Source: Candidatus Xenolissoclinum pacificiensis L6 (GTDB lineage Bacteria; Pseudomonadota; Alphaproteobacteria; Rickettsiales; Anaplasmataceae). From it: DNA of 64,000 nucleotides. Below, one piece after another: positions 10,217-20,649 of the stretch; within the stretch, counting starts at the first letter, position 1, and each line of letters starts with the position of its first letter. The notes under the pieces were generated by a model. It was not told the origin of the DNA. It did no database searches and saw nothing but the letters and a program-made list of their open reading frames with translations. The translations under genes were made by a program, and so were the position numbers. The stretch is taken from contig AXCJ01000009.1 in the NCBI GenBank assembly GCA_000512675.1, forward strand, positions 14,809-78,808, given 5' to 3'.

Positions 10217-12538
10217 TTATCCCTCAAGATCTCTACGCAATATACCACCAAGCTTATCTTTCATACTATTAATTAACTCCTCAGATAAATTATCTATTTC
10301 TGTACTATTTAATGTGCGCAACTTACTATACATCTTAATCTCCATAGCAAATGATAATCCACAATCCAATATGAATCGATCAAATAGTTTTACCTCACAA
10401 ACAAAATCGTGATTCTTGATCACATCATCACAAATCTCAGATATATTACAATAGCGCAGATTAGGATCAGCAAATACGAAACAAAAATCCCTAAACACGG
10501 GAGGGTACTTGTTAATATGAAAAGTTGATAGAGAGTGCCTTCCAGAAACCGGTAATCTTTCCAGATAGAGCTCAAAAAAGACAACTGATATCCCAGACAA
10601 CATAGGATGCACCTCACCAATATAGGCAATCACTTGCTTTCGATATACAATTTTACAGGATCTAGAAGGATGAAAATAATTTGGAATATCATCGTATTCC
10701 ATAGAATATCCGGAAACGTTATATAGAGATAAGACCCTTTCCAGAGACGCCTTAACATGAAAAAAATCAACACTACAACCCGTTTCAAAAATATTTCTTC
10801 CTACAGAAGAACCATACCTTGCAACACATAAACAATCCATCTCATATGTCTTTGAAAAAACTTTCCCAAACTCAAAAAAATTTATTTGCTCATATTCACG
10901 TTTCTTATTTTCCTCAATATTCTCCAAGAAACCAAAAATCATTGAAGGTCTTAAAATATTTCTATTCTTGATAGGGTTACTCACAACGGATATATCATCA
11001 CAAGATATAAAGTATTTACAATTTTTGTGATTAATAAATGACCATGTCAAGATCTCATAATATCCTGTAGAGACCAAAAAATCCGATATGTAGTTCTTAA
11101 TATCGGGAATTTTCACAATACCATTATGTATCGATAATGGTATTTCTGGAATTTTATCTACTCCGTATATACGCATGATCTCTTCTACAATATCTGGCAT
11201 TCCTTCAATATCATTCCTCCAAGACGGTATCACCATACGATCCTGCTTATATATAAACCCCAATCTATCAAGAATATTATCAACGGTAGATTTAGGAACT
11301 TCAACACCTAAAATATCAGAAATATACTTATAATCAGGCAAATCCATAATACTAGGTTGATATGAATCAGCATACGTTTCTACAATATTAGATACCTGTG
11401 CATCAGGCATATATTTAGTTATCAATCCGATAGCCATTTTGAGTACATTTTTTGTGAAAGCACGATCAACTTTTCTTTCAAATCTGTAAGAGCTATCTGT
11501 ATTTATCCCTACATCCTTTCTCATTCTATATACAGAATGACTATTAAAAACTGCAGCTTCCACAAAAATATCCTTTGTCTTCTGAGAGCATCTTGTATCA
11601 TAACTCCCAAGTCCTCCAGCCACACAATATACTTCAGATTTATTTCCCACTACCACAGTATCAGAAGATAAAATGTAATCCTGTTCATCCAATCCCCGGA
11701 AGGAATGATTTGACATTGATTTATAAACGTGTATATCTGAAATGGTTTGAAGATCATAGGCATGTAAAGGTTGATTGTACTGGGAAGTAAGATAATTTAA
11801 AATATCCACAATAATATTAATACTTTTCACTCCTATTTTTGTTAGATACTCTGTTATATATTCAGGTGTTATCAAAGACATATCTACGTTCTTTATAGAA
11901 CATCCAGAGAAATACTCACACAATATATTAGAATCTACAGTCACCACAACTGGATTATCAAATCTTGGGGTATATTCTGGAATATCTATCGGCTTCAAAT
12001 CCCCTAACCCAAAAGCGTGTAACTCACGCGCTAAACCAAGAACACCAAGACAGTCTCCTCTATTTGGCGTAATAGCAAGTTTAAAAACTGGATCAAAAAA
12101 TTCCTCACCATAAACACACGAATGTTTTATGTCTATGATGCCTTCATGATTAGTACTCAACCCCAATTCTTTTTCAGAACACATCATACCATAGCTTACA
12201 ACGGACCTGATTTTACTCTTCTTCACCCTCATCCCTGATGGAATTTCACTTCCAATCCTTGCTAAGACTGTTTGCATACCAACATATAAATTATTAGCAC
12301 CACAAACAACTTGCAACTCATCCCTTCCATCAAATACTACACACAAGTTCAATGTATCTGCATTTGAATGTTTTTGTATACTCAGAATCTTTGCATATAC
12401 CAAATCAGGGTAACTATTAGATATACCTTCCACTTCAAACCCTATATTATTCAATGCACTCTCCAATTCTGTAACAGATAATGTCTTGTGTAATTTCAGA
12501 TAATTCTTTATAATTGAAAGTGCAAATTGCATAAACAT
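10217..12538 (-). CDS. pheT: phenylalanine--tRNA ligase beta subunit
   Basis: 773 aa. N-terminal tRNA-binding domain (YAKILSIQKHSNADTLNLCVV), B3/4 and B5 region, C-terminal FHPSRS motif region. Confidence 0.95.
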   Translation of the reverse strand: MFMQFALSIIKNYLKLHKTLSVTELESALNNIGFEVEGISNSYPDLVYAKILSIQKHSNADTLNLCVVFDGRDELQVVCGANNLYVGMQTVLARIGSEIPSGMRVKKSKIRSVVSYGMMCSEKELGLSTNHEGIIDIKHSCVYGEEFFDPVFKLAITPNRGDCLGVLGLARELHAFGLGDLKPIDIPEYTPRFDNPVVVTVDSNILCEYFSGCSIKNVDMSLITPEYITEYLTKIGVKSINIIVDILNYLTSQYNQPLHAYDLQTISDIHVYKSMSNHSFRGLDEQDYILSSDTVVVGNKSEVYCVAGGLGSYDTRCSQKTKDIFVEAAVFNSHSVYRMRKDVGINTDSSYRFERKVDRAFTKNVLKMAIGLITKYMPDAQVSNIVETYADSYQPSIMDLPDYKYISDILGVEVPKSTVDNILDRLGFIYKQDRMVIPSWRNDIEGMPDIVEEIMRIYGVDKIPEIPLSIHNGIVKIPDIKNYISDFLVSTGYYEILTWSFINHKNCKYFISCDDISVVSNPIKNRNILRPSMIFGFLENIEENKKREYEQINFFEFGKVFSKTYEMDCLCVARYGSSVGRNIFETGCSVDFFHVKASLERVLSLYNVSGYSMEYDDIPNYFHPSRSCKIVYRKQVIAYIGEVHPMLSGISVVFFELYLERLPVSGRHSLSTFHINKYPPVFRDFCFVFADPNLRYCNISEICDDVIKNHDFVCEVKLFDRFILDCGLSFAMEIKMYSKLRTLNSTEIDNLSEELINSMKDKLGGILRRDLEG

Positions 12539-12672
12539 ATATATTTATTACTGTAGGTGGGCTCATGATGACGTCTGCGATACTCATCAATATACACGTC
12601 CATTAAGATAACATATGACTCCCTAATTTAACAAGATATCCAGTGTTTATTAATTGACTAATCTTTTTACCT

Positions 12673-13398
12673 ATGAAGTTTTTCCCCAAAACTATAGTGG
12701 CATTGTGTCTAAGCACTTACTCACTTTTGCCAATGAATGTTTTCTCAGCGGAATTTACCATTTCCCCAGATGATTGGAAAGAAAGCATGATGTTTACTAG
12801 CATATCATATACGCCATCCTACGTATATGCCCCTGATAGCGGAGTCAATGTCTCTCCTAGTTATAATCTATCATCGAGGGTAGATTATGACTTAGGCCAT
12901 TCATTTGCAATGTCCATAGGTTATCAATCAAAGAATAACTATATCTTGGAACTTAAATTTGCACAGAAATATATTGGAATAGATACAGATAGTACTGAAA
13001 TCTATTTTATGAATGACCGTGAGAGTTACAAGTTGCAGATCAACGATATAATAGTGAACCAGTATATCTTGAATGCCAAATATATAGTTAGCACTCTAGG
13101 TAGCTTCTCGCCAATATTGGGTGCCGGAATTGGTTTTTCGAAAACCGCCACATTAAATCAAATATTGAATTCCTTTATGCTGTCTGGATCCCTTGGTCTA
13201 GAATATACAATCACACATAACTTGCGTATTTTCTCAAGTCTTACCTTTGATTACCCCATGGATATGACATTCCAAAATGTCAATAACATCTCAAATGTAA
13301 CATTGCCTAATTCATCAATCGTTGTTCCAATAAGCTTGGATATTGAAATTCCAACTACATCCGTAGGTTTGGAGTTAGGAATGAAAATATTATTTTGA
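12673..13398 (+). CDS. outer-membrane beta-barrel protein (surface-antigen/OMP-1-like)
   Basis: Signal peptide ending SA|EF, alternating beta-strand pattern, GAGIGFS motif, C-terminal ...ELGMKILF ending in Phe. Confidence 0.6.
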   Translation: MKFFPKTIVALCLSTYSLLPMNVFSAEFTISPDDWKESMMFTSISYTPSYVYAPDSGVNVSPSYNLSSRVDYDLGHSFAMSIGYQSKNNYILELKFAQKYIGIDTDSTEIYFMNDRESYKLQINDIIVNQYILNAKYIVSTLGSFSPILGAGIGFSKTATLNQILNSFMLSGSLGLEYTITHNLRIFSSLTFDYPMDMTFQNVNNISNVTLPNSSIVVPISLDIEIPTTSVGLELGMKILF

Positions 13399-13464
13399 TC
13401 TTTTTGAGAACTGATGATTTGCTAAACCTGCCAAAATATATTAGAATTTATTGTATATTGTACG

Positions 13465-14250
13465 TTGTCTCATATGAACAAATTCATGTCTTTTATACTT
13501 TTCATGCTGTGTGTGTTGTTATCGTTCAATTCTCATGCATACTGGTACCTGGGTATAGGAGGTCAGGCTTCTTATCTGCAAACTGATACCATCCAACTCA
13601 GAGAGATTAATCAAAATGTCTATACCGGCGATCTTACCAATGCTTTAACTGGTGATCCTTATGTTCTAGAAACTGAGGTGGGACTTGGATATTCAGGTAT
13701 AATAGGAATCAAACAAGACACTTTTCCTATGTCTGTAGAGCTTCTGATGGAATATATCGGTACCTCTGTATCTCAAAATAGTACTGGAATCTCTCTTGGT
13801 AGAATACCCGAAAATATTACTACAATACAACAGCCAGAGTCTGTACATTTTTCATTGCAATCGATAGGAAACTATAATGTTATGCTAAATTTGCGTTATA
13901 ATCTCCCAACAAGGAGAACAATTCATCCTTTCTTTGCGTTAGGTGCTGGCACATCCGCGATAATCGTCAATAAATCTTCCAATGCCTCTTTGTCAGCACA
14001 AGGATTATTAGGATTAAGCTTTCATGTGACAAAGGGTATAAGAGTTGATACTTTCTTTAGATATTTAACAGCATTCTCAGATATACAGATCACCAATGAC
14101 TTTGATAACTATGCATATCTCTCTCCTTCTGTAGATGAAAATGGGGATGTTGTTGCACCAACAACAAGTTACAACAAGCTTATATTTTCCATGCCTTTCT
14201 CCTTACAGAGCTTTGGAATGTCTTTAAGCATGCCGATCGGTAAAGTATAA
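13465..14250 (+). CDS. outer-membrane beta-barrel protein, tandem paralogue
   Basis: Signal peptide (LLSFNSHA|YW), GAGTSA / LLGLSF pattern parallel to the upstream gene, 261 aa. C-terminus (…MPIGKV) is less canonical. Confidence 0.5.
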   Translation: MSHMNKFMSFILFMLCVLLSFNSHAYWYLGIGGQASYLQTDTIQLREINQNVYTGDLTNALTGDPYVLETEVGLGYSGIIGIKQDTFPMSVELLMEYIGTSVSQNSTGISLGRIPENITTIQQPESVHFSLQSIGNYNVMLNLRYNLPTRRTIHPFFALGAGTSAIIVNKSSNASLSAQGLLGLSFHVTKGIRVDTFFRYLTAFSDIQITNDFDNYAYLSPSVDENGDVVAPTTSYNKLIFSMPFSLQSFGMSLSMPIGKV

Positions 14251-14332
14251 CATTCTAATTATTCCAATAGCACCGACCAAACCCAATTGTATTCCACAAA
14301 CTTTGCGTCACCAGTTGTTATAAATATTGCAT

Positions 14333-15607
14333 TCACTCCTCTATCTTAGAGATCACCTTTACCCCACCCAAATAATCAAGTAACTTATCCGGTACACTGA
14401 CACTACCATCAGAATTTTGGTAATTCTCTAATATAGCAACTATTAATCTGCCAACAGCCAGAGCAGAAGCATTTAAAGTATGTACCAATCTTTTTTTATT
14501 ATCTTGCTTATAAAATGTTTTCATACGTCTAGCTTGAAAATCTGCACAATTAGAACAACTGGAAATTTCTCGATATCTTCTCTGAGAAGGGATCCAGACT
14601 TCAATATCGTATGTAAAAGCAGAGGAAAAACCCAAATCAGCATCACATAATATGACTCTTCTATAAGGTAAATCGAGCATCTCTAGTATACTTTCAGCCA
14701 ATGATACCATTTCTTCCAGAATTGTATACGAGTTATCTTGATCTGAAATGACAGCTAATTCTATTTTTGTAAACTGATGTTGTCGCAACATTCCTTTAGT
14801 ATCCTTTCCACCACTACCAGCTTCTCTTCTAAAGCAAGGAGTAACTGCCACCATACGCAATGGCAATGCATCATAAGCAAAAATCTTATTCTGATGTACA
14901 TTAATCAATGGGACTTCCCCTGTTGGAATTAAATTCAAATTATTAGAAGACCTAAATATATCTTCCTTAAATTTAGGAAATTGACCAGTATTAAATAACG
15001 ATTGATCATTTACCATAAACGGTACCGAGTATTCCAAATAACCCGATGCAGATGCAACATCCAGCATAAACTGAATGAGTGCCCTTTCCAACTTAGCTAA
15101 TACACCTTTCAACACAACAAATCTAGCAGAAGATATACTAGTAGCAACCTGAAAATCCATCATATTAAGAGACATTCCTATAGAGTCATGACTTTTGACA
15201 TCATATAAAAAATCTTTCTTCTCACCGACAACTTTATCTATAATATTATCCATTTCACCACAACCACTTGGTGTTTTATCACTAACAATGTTTGGTAATG
15301 ATGCTAAAATGTCTTGAATATCATCATTTTCCTTGATATATTCCAAAGATTTAATGCTTTGATCAAGATCCTTGGTCATCATAACCATCTCTTGAAATGC
15401 ACTGGAATTTTTACGATCCTTCAAACTTGCTATATTCTTGATAATTGTATTTTTCTCTTGACGTTTTTTTTCAAGCGCATAAATCTTTTGTCTACGTACC
15501 TGATTCAACATAAGTAGTTTATACGTCACCCCCTCTTCTACTCCACGTCTTTTCATACAATTGATAAACCATTCAGTATTATTAGTAATAAACTCTAAAT
15601 TATGCAT
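14333..15607 (-). CDS. serS: serine--tRNA ligase
   Basis: Class II motifs FRREAGSGGKDTKGMLRQHQF and GRLIVAILENYQ; N-terminal coiled-coil arm; 424 aa. Confidence 0.95.
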   Translation of the reverse strand: MHNLEFITNNTEWFINCMKRRGVEEGVTYKLLMLNQVRRQKIYALEKKRQEKNTIIKNIASLKDRKNSSAFQEMVMMTKDLDQSIKSLEYIKENDDIQDILASLPNIVSDKTPSGCGEMDNIIDKVVGEKKDFLYDVKSHDSIGMSLNMMDFQVATSISSARFVVLKGVLAKLERALIQFMLDVASASGYLEYSVPFMVNDQSLFNTGQFPKFKEDIFRSSNNLNLIPTGEVPLINVHQNKIFAYDALPLRMVAVTPCFRREAGSGGKDTKGMLRQHQFTKIELAVISDQDNSYTILEEMVSLAESILEMLDLPYRRVILCDADLGFSSAFTYDIEVWIPSQRRYREISSCSNCADFQARRMKTFYKQDNKKRLVHTLNASALAVGRLIVAILENYQNSDGSVSVPDKLLDYLGGVKVISKIEE

Positions 15608-15782
15608 AACTACAAGAAAAAATTTTTGTCACAACAGTGTACTATCCCATTTAAAATGATACAACATTTCTCATTAATATTCTATTAACGTTTCATGCAG
15701 ATACTTATTAAAAAACTATTTATAGACAACATATTTTATAGGTCACTGTAGAATTATTAAGCTAGCAATTTTTCCGGATATT

Positions 15783-16880
15783 ATGTTATTGTCAATACCA
15801 TTACTATTATGCAATATTTTGTTAGTTATTTATCTGATGTATTATATATTCAAAAACAATGCTCAGAAGAAAAACACCATATATCATCTGGAAAGATATG
15901 AAAACTTATTCTACTACCAAGACTTGAGAAATAAAAAAGAAATATTTCATCTACACGTAGATGAACGCTCTTGTTCATCATTAAAAGATTTTTTATCTTC
16001 TTTCCTGAATGCAGAAGTATTACAAAAAAATATAATTGAAAAAAAAGAAAAACATTTTGCGATCACACTTAACACAAAACATTCAAGAACTTATATGTGT
16101 TATGGATTTATACATATTAATGATAATCAAGAGGCAGATTCAATGCTACTAAGATTCCATGATGTCTCCAAGATATACTATATCATCCACGAAGAAGCAC
16201 GCAACAATGAATTACTTAAATTACAAATTAAAAACTATGAAACTATACTAGATAACATACCCTATTATGTATGTCTCCGAAATAAACACAATTTATCGAA
16301 AATATACGCTAACAAAGCATATGTTAACCATCTCTCCCAAAAAAATGCTCATACCAGAATTATAGAACAAAAAATCTTACATGAAAATCAAAATGCTGAT
16401 AAAGCTAAATCTATCAATACAAAAATTATTGCCAATAATCAGAATTATACAATAAACTTAAACGTCATGATAGTTGATAATTACCGATTAACATACGCTC
16501 ATGATGTCACACAAACTATCAAGAGCAAAAGAATCAACTATGATGTAATACAATCGTTATATTCTCTTATCAATAATCTACAACATGGATGTGCTATTAT
16601 AAATATAGAACATGGAAAGATATTATTTAAAAACAATATATTTACCAATAATATATCACTATTAAGCACCTATACTGATATATCAAATGATGATGATTAC
16701 TTTACAATCTTACAAAAATCATTAAAATGTGCTCATGATACGCCCCCATATAATATTGAAAATATAATCCAAAAGTATTCGAATCAAACAATATTGTTTC
16801 ATATACAAGACCAACAAATATCTATTAAGGAAATTGGGTGTTACGATCAGAATAGAATAATTAGAATGGATGTCATATGA
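15783..16880 (+). CDS. hypothetical membrane protein with PAS-like segment
   Basis: N-terminal TM (LLSIPLLLCNILLVIYLMYYIF). Segment LDNIPYYVCLRNKHNLSKIYANKAYVNHL resembles a PAS core. No HisKA or ATPase motifs. 4-nt overlap with tsaE. Confidence 0.4.
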   Translation: MLLSIPLLLCNILLVIYLMYYIFKNNAQKKNTIYHLERYENLFYYQDLRNKKEIFHLHVDERSCSSLKDFLSSFLNAEVLQKNIIEKKEKHFAITLNTKHSRTYMCYGFIHINDNQEADSMLLRFHDVSKIYYIIHEEARNNELLKLQIKNYETILDNIPYYVCLRNKHNLSKIYANKAYVNHLSQKNAHTRIIEQKILHENQNADKAKSINTKIIANNQNYTINLNVMIVDNYRLTYAHDVTQTIKSKRINYDVIQSLYSLINNLQHGCAIINIEHGKILFKNNIFTNNISLLSTYTDISNDDDYFTILQKSLKCAHDTPPYNIENIIQKYSNQTILFHIQDQQISIKEIGCYDQNRIIRMDVI

Positions 16881-17329
16881 AGATTACCTGTACAGAAGAA
16901 AAATTAAAAAATACAATAATAGATTTATCATATGATATACCAAAGAACAGCTTAATATTGCTATATGGTACAGTTGGTAGTGGCAAAACAATAATTGCTA
17001 GAACATTGATTCACTCATTAACAAAAAGCACAGAAACAATACAAAGTCCAACCTTTAATTTACTACACAGCTATTATACGGATTTTATCTCTATTCACCA
17101 TGCAGATCTTTATAGAATCAAACATCCTGATGAAATAGTAGAGATAGGTCTATTTGACTGTATCAATAGCAATGCTATAACAATAATAGAGTGGCCTAAT
17201 ATAATAGAACATTTGTTACATAACTGTTATATGAGAATTCATATAGAAAAAACAAATATACCAGAAATTAGATCAGTAGAAATAGAGTATCATTATACTT
17301 TTAACAATACCACCCAAGACGAGTCATGA
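16877..17329 (+). CDS. tsaE: tRNA t6A37 biosynthesis ATPase TsaE
   Basis: P-loop GTVGSGKT, SPTF, HADLYR and IEWP motifs in canonical order; 150 aa. Confidence 0.85.
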   Translation: MKITCTEEKLKNTIIDLSYDIPKNSLILLYGTVGSGKTIIARTLIHSLTKSTETIQSPTFNLLHSYYTDFISIHHADLYRIKHPDEIVEIGLFDCINSNAITIIEWPNIIEHLLHNCYMRIHIEKTNIPEIRSVEIEYHYTFNNTTQDES

Positions 17330-17646
17330 AACACATATAGTCCTTTTTCCTGAATGACCCATAACATACATCCTTCCCTAGGTTGTATAAAGTTCCACCC
17401 TTTACCACTAACATAATATACTATAGATTTTTCCATACCATGTAATAATACATCGGCTGTATCTTCTATTATTGCATGAACAATATATAACGTCCCGTTT
17501 AAAGGATCATCTGGTAAATTACTAATGAAATTTTCCGCTCCTGTGTTTAATAAACTATCAAAACGTAAAAATGCTTCGTTAACCGTAATTTCCTTCTGAG
17601 CTTGATTAACAGACAATAGATCGATTAACATATGAGATGTTTTCAT
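17293..17646 (-). CDS. DUF2793-like protein (GTA/phage-associated family)
   Basis: The N-terminal signature LSVNQAQKEITVNEAFLRFDSLL matches the QAQKxVTHNEAL..LD motif I recall for DUF2793. 117 aa. Confidence 0.55.
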   Translation of the reverse strand: MKTSHMLIDLLSVNQAQKEITVNEAFLRFDSLLNTGAENFISNLPDDPLNGTLYIVHAIIEDTADVLLHGMEKSIVYYVSGKGWNFIQPREGCMLWVIQEKGLYVFHDSSWVVLLKV

Positions 17647-17713
17647 ATAATCACAATTTATCTTTTATTAACAAACGTATTTTAACCTGACACCGACTAG
17701 ATTGGTGCATTAA

Positions 17714-18253
17714 ATGTTTCCTATAAAATATAGTATATTTTCCTCTCTAATATTTTACCGCATAGTGCTTACATGCATACTGCTCTTTGGCATCATAGAT
17801 AACGCATACGCTAAATCCTTTGTATCATATATTGAAACAACGTGTAAGCAATACTATTCTAAGATGTCTAAGGAAGATTGTGAAGAATTGTTAAGTATAT
17901 ATCATAATTATTCTTTGTATAATAAGGATGAGAAAAAAATCGCGAAAAATCGAGCAGACACTCTGCTTGCATCACAAATGCCGTTATCCAAACGATCAAA
18001 AAAAATGCAGAAACACTTACATAATCTCAATCTTGTTAAAATGAATTTACCTTCTGAGACACAAACAATTCTGGAAAAAATATATAGCGAGTTCATCAAA
18101 TTACCAAATGAAGTACAAAAAGAGTTAATAGAGTATTCCTTAAATCCATCTGATGATAAATTACAATCACAACAGTCACACAATTATTTAGAAAATGTCA
18201 ACAAATTTCTAACAACAGGCCTAAAAGACACTATATTAGAAGATTTTGAGTAA
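17714..18253 (+). CDS. hypothetical secreted protein
   Basis: 179-aa ORF with signal-peptide-like N-terminus (...LLFGIIDNAYA|KS); helical K/E-rich mature part; no family recognised. Confidence 0.4.
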   Translation: MFPIKYSIFSSLIFYRIVLTCILLFGIIDNAYAKSFVSYIETTCKQYYSKMSKEDCEELLSIYHNYSLYNKDEKKIAKNRADTLLASQMPLSKRSKKMQKHLHNLNLVKMNLPSETQTILEKIYSEFIKLPNEVQKELIEYSLNPSDDKLQSQQSHNYLENVNKFLTTGLKDTILEDFE

Positions 18254-18432
18254 CAAACATCCTCTTGCATCATCTATAAATATTTGTAATACGCCAAATA
18301 AGGTGATGCGAAAAACTTTAACTTGCTCTCTATTAGTTAATAAACATCGATATCATTAGGGTTTCTTTACTTCAATAACCGTAATATTTATAAAATTATT
18401 TATATGCTTTTGCTCTGACTAACTGATACGGT

Positions 18433-18450
18433 AATTTTACAGGAGGTCTA
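18433..18450 (-). repeat. solo terminal inverted repeat of IS-C
   Basis: aattttacaggaggtcta is the reverse complement of the left IR of the element at 25688 (tagacctcctgtgaaatt), with one mismatch. No adjacent transposase remnant. Confidence 0.5.
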
Positions 18451-19203
18451 ATATTCAGTAAATTATAATAAACAGAGTTCATCCATTATTTTCTTGCAAA
18501 AAGATAAATAATCACAAACATATTAATTCTTACATTATTATACCAGAGTGGTAATCAGTATGTGTGTAAATCATACCTTTGATCCTATTACGAAATATCA
18601 TACTTAACATAACGTGTATCTATTGCTCCAAACCTTTACTCATGGTCTTGTATAAAAACAATACATTCTCCTGACAGATATGTACATACACTGACTATTC
18701 CAGATAGATCCTGTATGCAGAATAACGTTACTGTTCAATATACTACTTGAAAAAATACATAATAATCTTGCAAATCACTATACCTGTACAATTAGTTTCT
18801 ACGTGTAACTCCCATAATTTCCGCCAGTCAGTCTCCTGTCTTAGATTATTGATAATTTCATTATTTCATTATACATTCTCTCTAACTTACATACCTCTGC
18901 TAGACCATCTAACTTTCTAAAAAGCAACCGATCATACTTCTTTTATACTGATCCTCCAATATCTCTTTGATGACCGTAGAAAACTCATATCCTGAAATAT
19001 TAGATAATTTACAACCAAATATGCGTTTGATATCTGTATCAAGCACATAATTTGACATAAAACTTATAATTTTGCTTATTTGTTTCAAAAATAATAGAGT
19101 ATAATTGGCAAAAATATGCTCTATAAAATATATATCATCACATGGATACGAACCGGCATATTACTATACTACTGATGTACACTATAATATGATATAAGAT
19201 TCT

Positions 19204-20358
19204 TTACCCTCTTCCTTCAGGTATTAAAGATACTGCTTCCCCACTTGCATTAGTTAAGTGTAACCCAACGTTAGAGTTCTGTTGCATAATTTCTACATTC
19301 TTCTGCCTTAAGGATTCTCCTGCTTCAAACAAATGTCCACATATAGCTTCCAATATAGACGAACTCTTTTGCATTGTATCCAAATCAACTCCAGAACCGC
19401 ACGTATCACTCTTAGGATAATATTTTTTCACACTAACATTCTGTTTGCAAATATGAGGAGCATTTGAGACAAAACAAGAATAACCCGTATAATTGTGTTT
19501 TGCATCATACTTGTATAATGCTACCACTGTAGTATCAGTTGTTGGTCTATTTATTGCTGGATCCTTCTCTCCTTCCACTACTCGAACATCATCAATACCA
19601 AGTATCTCATGAGCTAAATATCTTGCTAAATCTGATTCAGTAGGCCATTTAATCGTAGAATTCATTTTTATAATCTCTTCTCTTACTTTCGTAATCTTTA
19701 ATTTACCATTAATAATCTCCTGCTTATTCTTATCACAATAAGTATTGATCTGCTTCTTTATATCTTCAATATTGTGCCTTGGATTCAGCTTTTCAATCAA
19801 GTTAAAAGTTGATGATTCCCCATGAATATATAATTGCTCATCACTCCCTGTATAATCAGCCCATAGAGCTCTATCTCCAGCTAAGCAAATGACGTTCTTA
19901 TTTTCCTCTAAAACCCCTTTTATGAAATTCATTCTTTTTCTCAATCCAACCTCTGCACAACCAAATATCACATATCTCGTATTACTTGTTTTATTAGGTT
20001 CGATTGCATCCAATATTCCATACTCCTCAACATCTTTATTAAAACCTTCATAAGGCAACTTAACATCTTTCATCTCTTGTCGTTCACCGCATCCTCGAAG
20101 ATCATATCTCATCTTCTGTACAATATTGATAAAAGCAACTACACCTCCCATTTTAGTATCATCTGCAAGACGAGACTCCAGAAACTCGTCAAGATCGTCC
20201 GGTGTTAATTTTGCTTGATCGTATTGCCCTCTACAACTCATGAAATGAAAAATACGTCCTACAGCATTATATTGTTGTTCTTGAAATCCTAATAATTCAA
20301 ACAAACCTTTTAAAGATAGCATAATGAATATATGACTTAATAATAAAATATATTGCAA
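19204..20358 (-). CDS. hypothetical protein, possible DUF218/YdcF-like fold
   Basis: 384-aa intact ORF with normal (not N/K/I-skewed) composition. Ordered motifs: RYVIFGCAEVG...VICLAGDRAL, TESDLARYLAHEILGIDDVRVVEGE, RPTTDTTVVAL, CFVSNAPHICKQ. These resemble the YdcF/DUF218 pattern. The true start may be the internal Met (MLSLKG...). Confidence 0.5.
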   Translation of the reverse strand: MQYILLLSHIFIMLSLKGLFELLGFQEQQYNAVGRIFHFMSCRGQYDQAKLTPDDLDEFLESRLADDTKMGGVVAFINIVQKMRYDLRGCGERQEMKDVKLPYEGFNKDVEEYGILDAIEPNKTSNTRYVIFGCAEVGLRKRMNFIKGVLEENKNVICLAGDRALWADYTGSDEQLYIHGESSTFNLIEKLNPRHNIEDIKKQINTYCDKNKQEIINGKLKITKVREEIIKMNSTIKWPTESDLARYLAHEILGIDDVRVVEGEKDPAINRPTTDTTVVALYKYDAKHNYTGYSCFVSNAPHICKQNVSVKKYYPKSDTCGSGVDLDTMQKSSSILEAICGHLFEAGESLRQKNVEIMQQNSNVGLHLTNASGEAVSLIPEGRG

Positions 20359-20402
20359 TTATACACTATAATATACATTTATGATGATTTTACTATTTAA
20401 AA

Positions 20403-20449
20403 TTTTTATCAAAGCAAATAGCAATGTCGCTAAATCTTTTTATCTTTTG
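20403..20449 (-). repeat. inverted 47-bp fragment of the IS-B 3' region
   Basis: Reverse complement of 20844-20890 with a single mismatch (46/47). Confidence 0.8.
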
Positions 20450-20649
20450 AAAAAAATATAAATATTAGTATCATAATTAATTGTTTACAGGCAATTGATT
20501 TTGACAGAAATAATCTATCATTCTTTCCTTTTATGCCTTTGGACGCTAGTGTAGAGTTACAGTACAATATTCCATATAATCTTCCATGTTCTATATTAAT
20601 TTATCCTTCTGTTCTATAGAGAATATCTTATTTTTTTTGAAACTTCTTA

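Noticed and set aside
12541-12600. GC-richer patch upstream of pheT as a pheS remnant or tRNA
   Set aside because: The translations do not resemble the PheS C-terminus. No cloverleaf or T-loop (GTTCGAATC-like) sequence is present.
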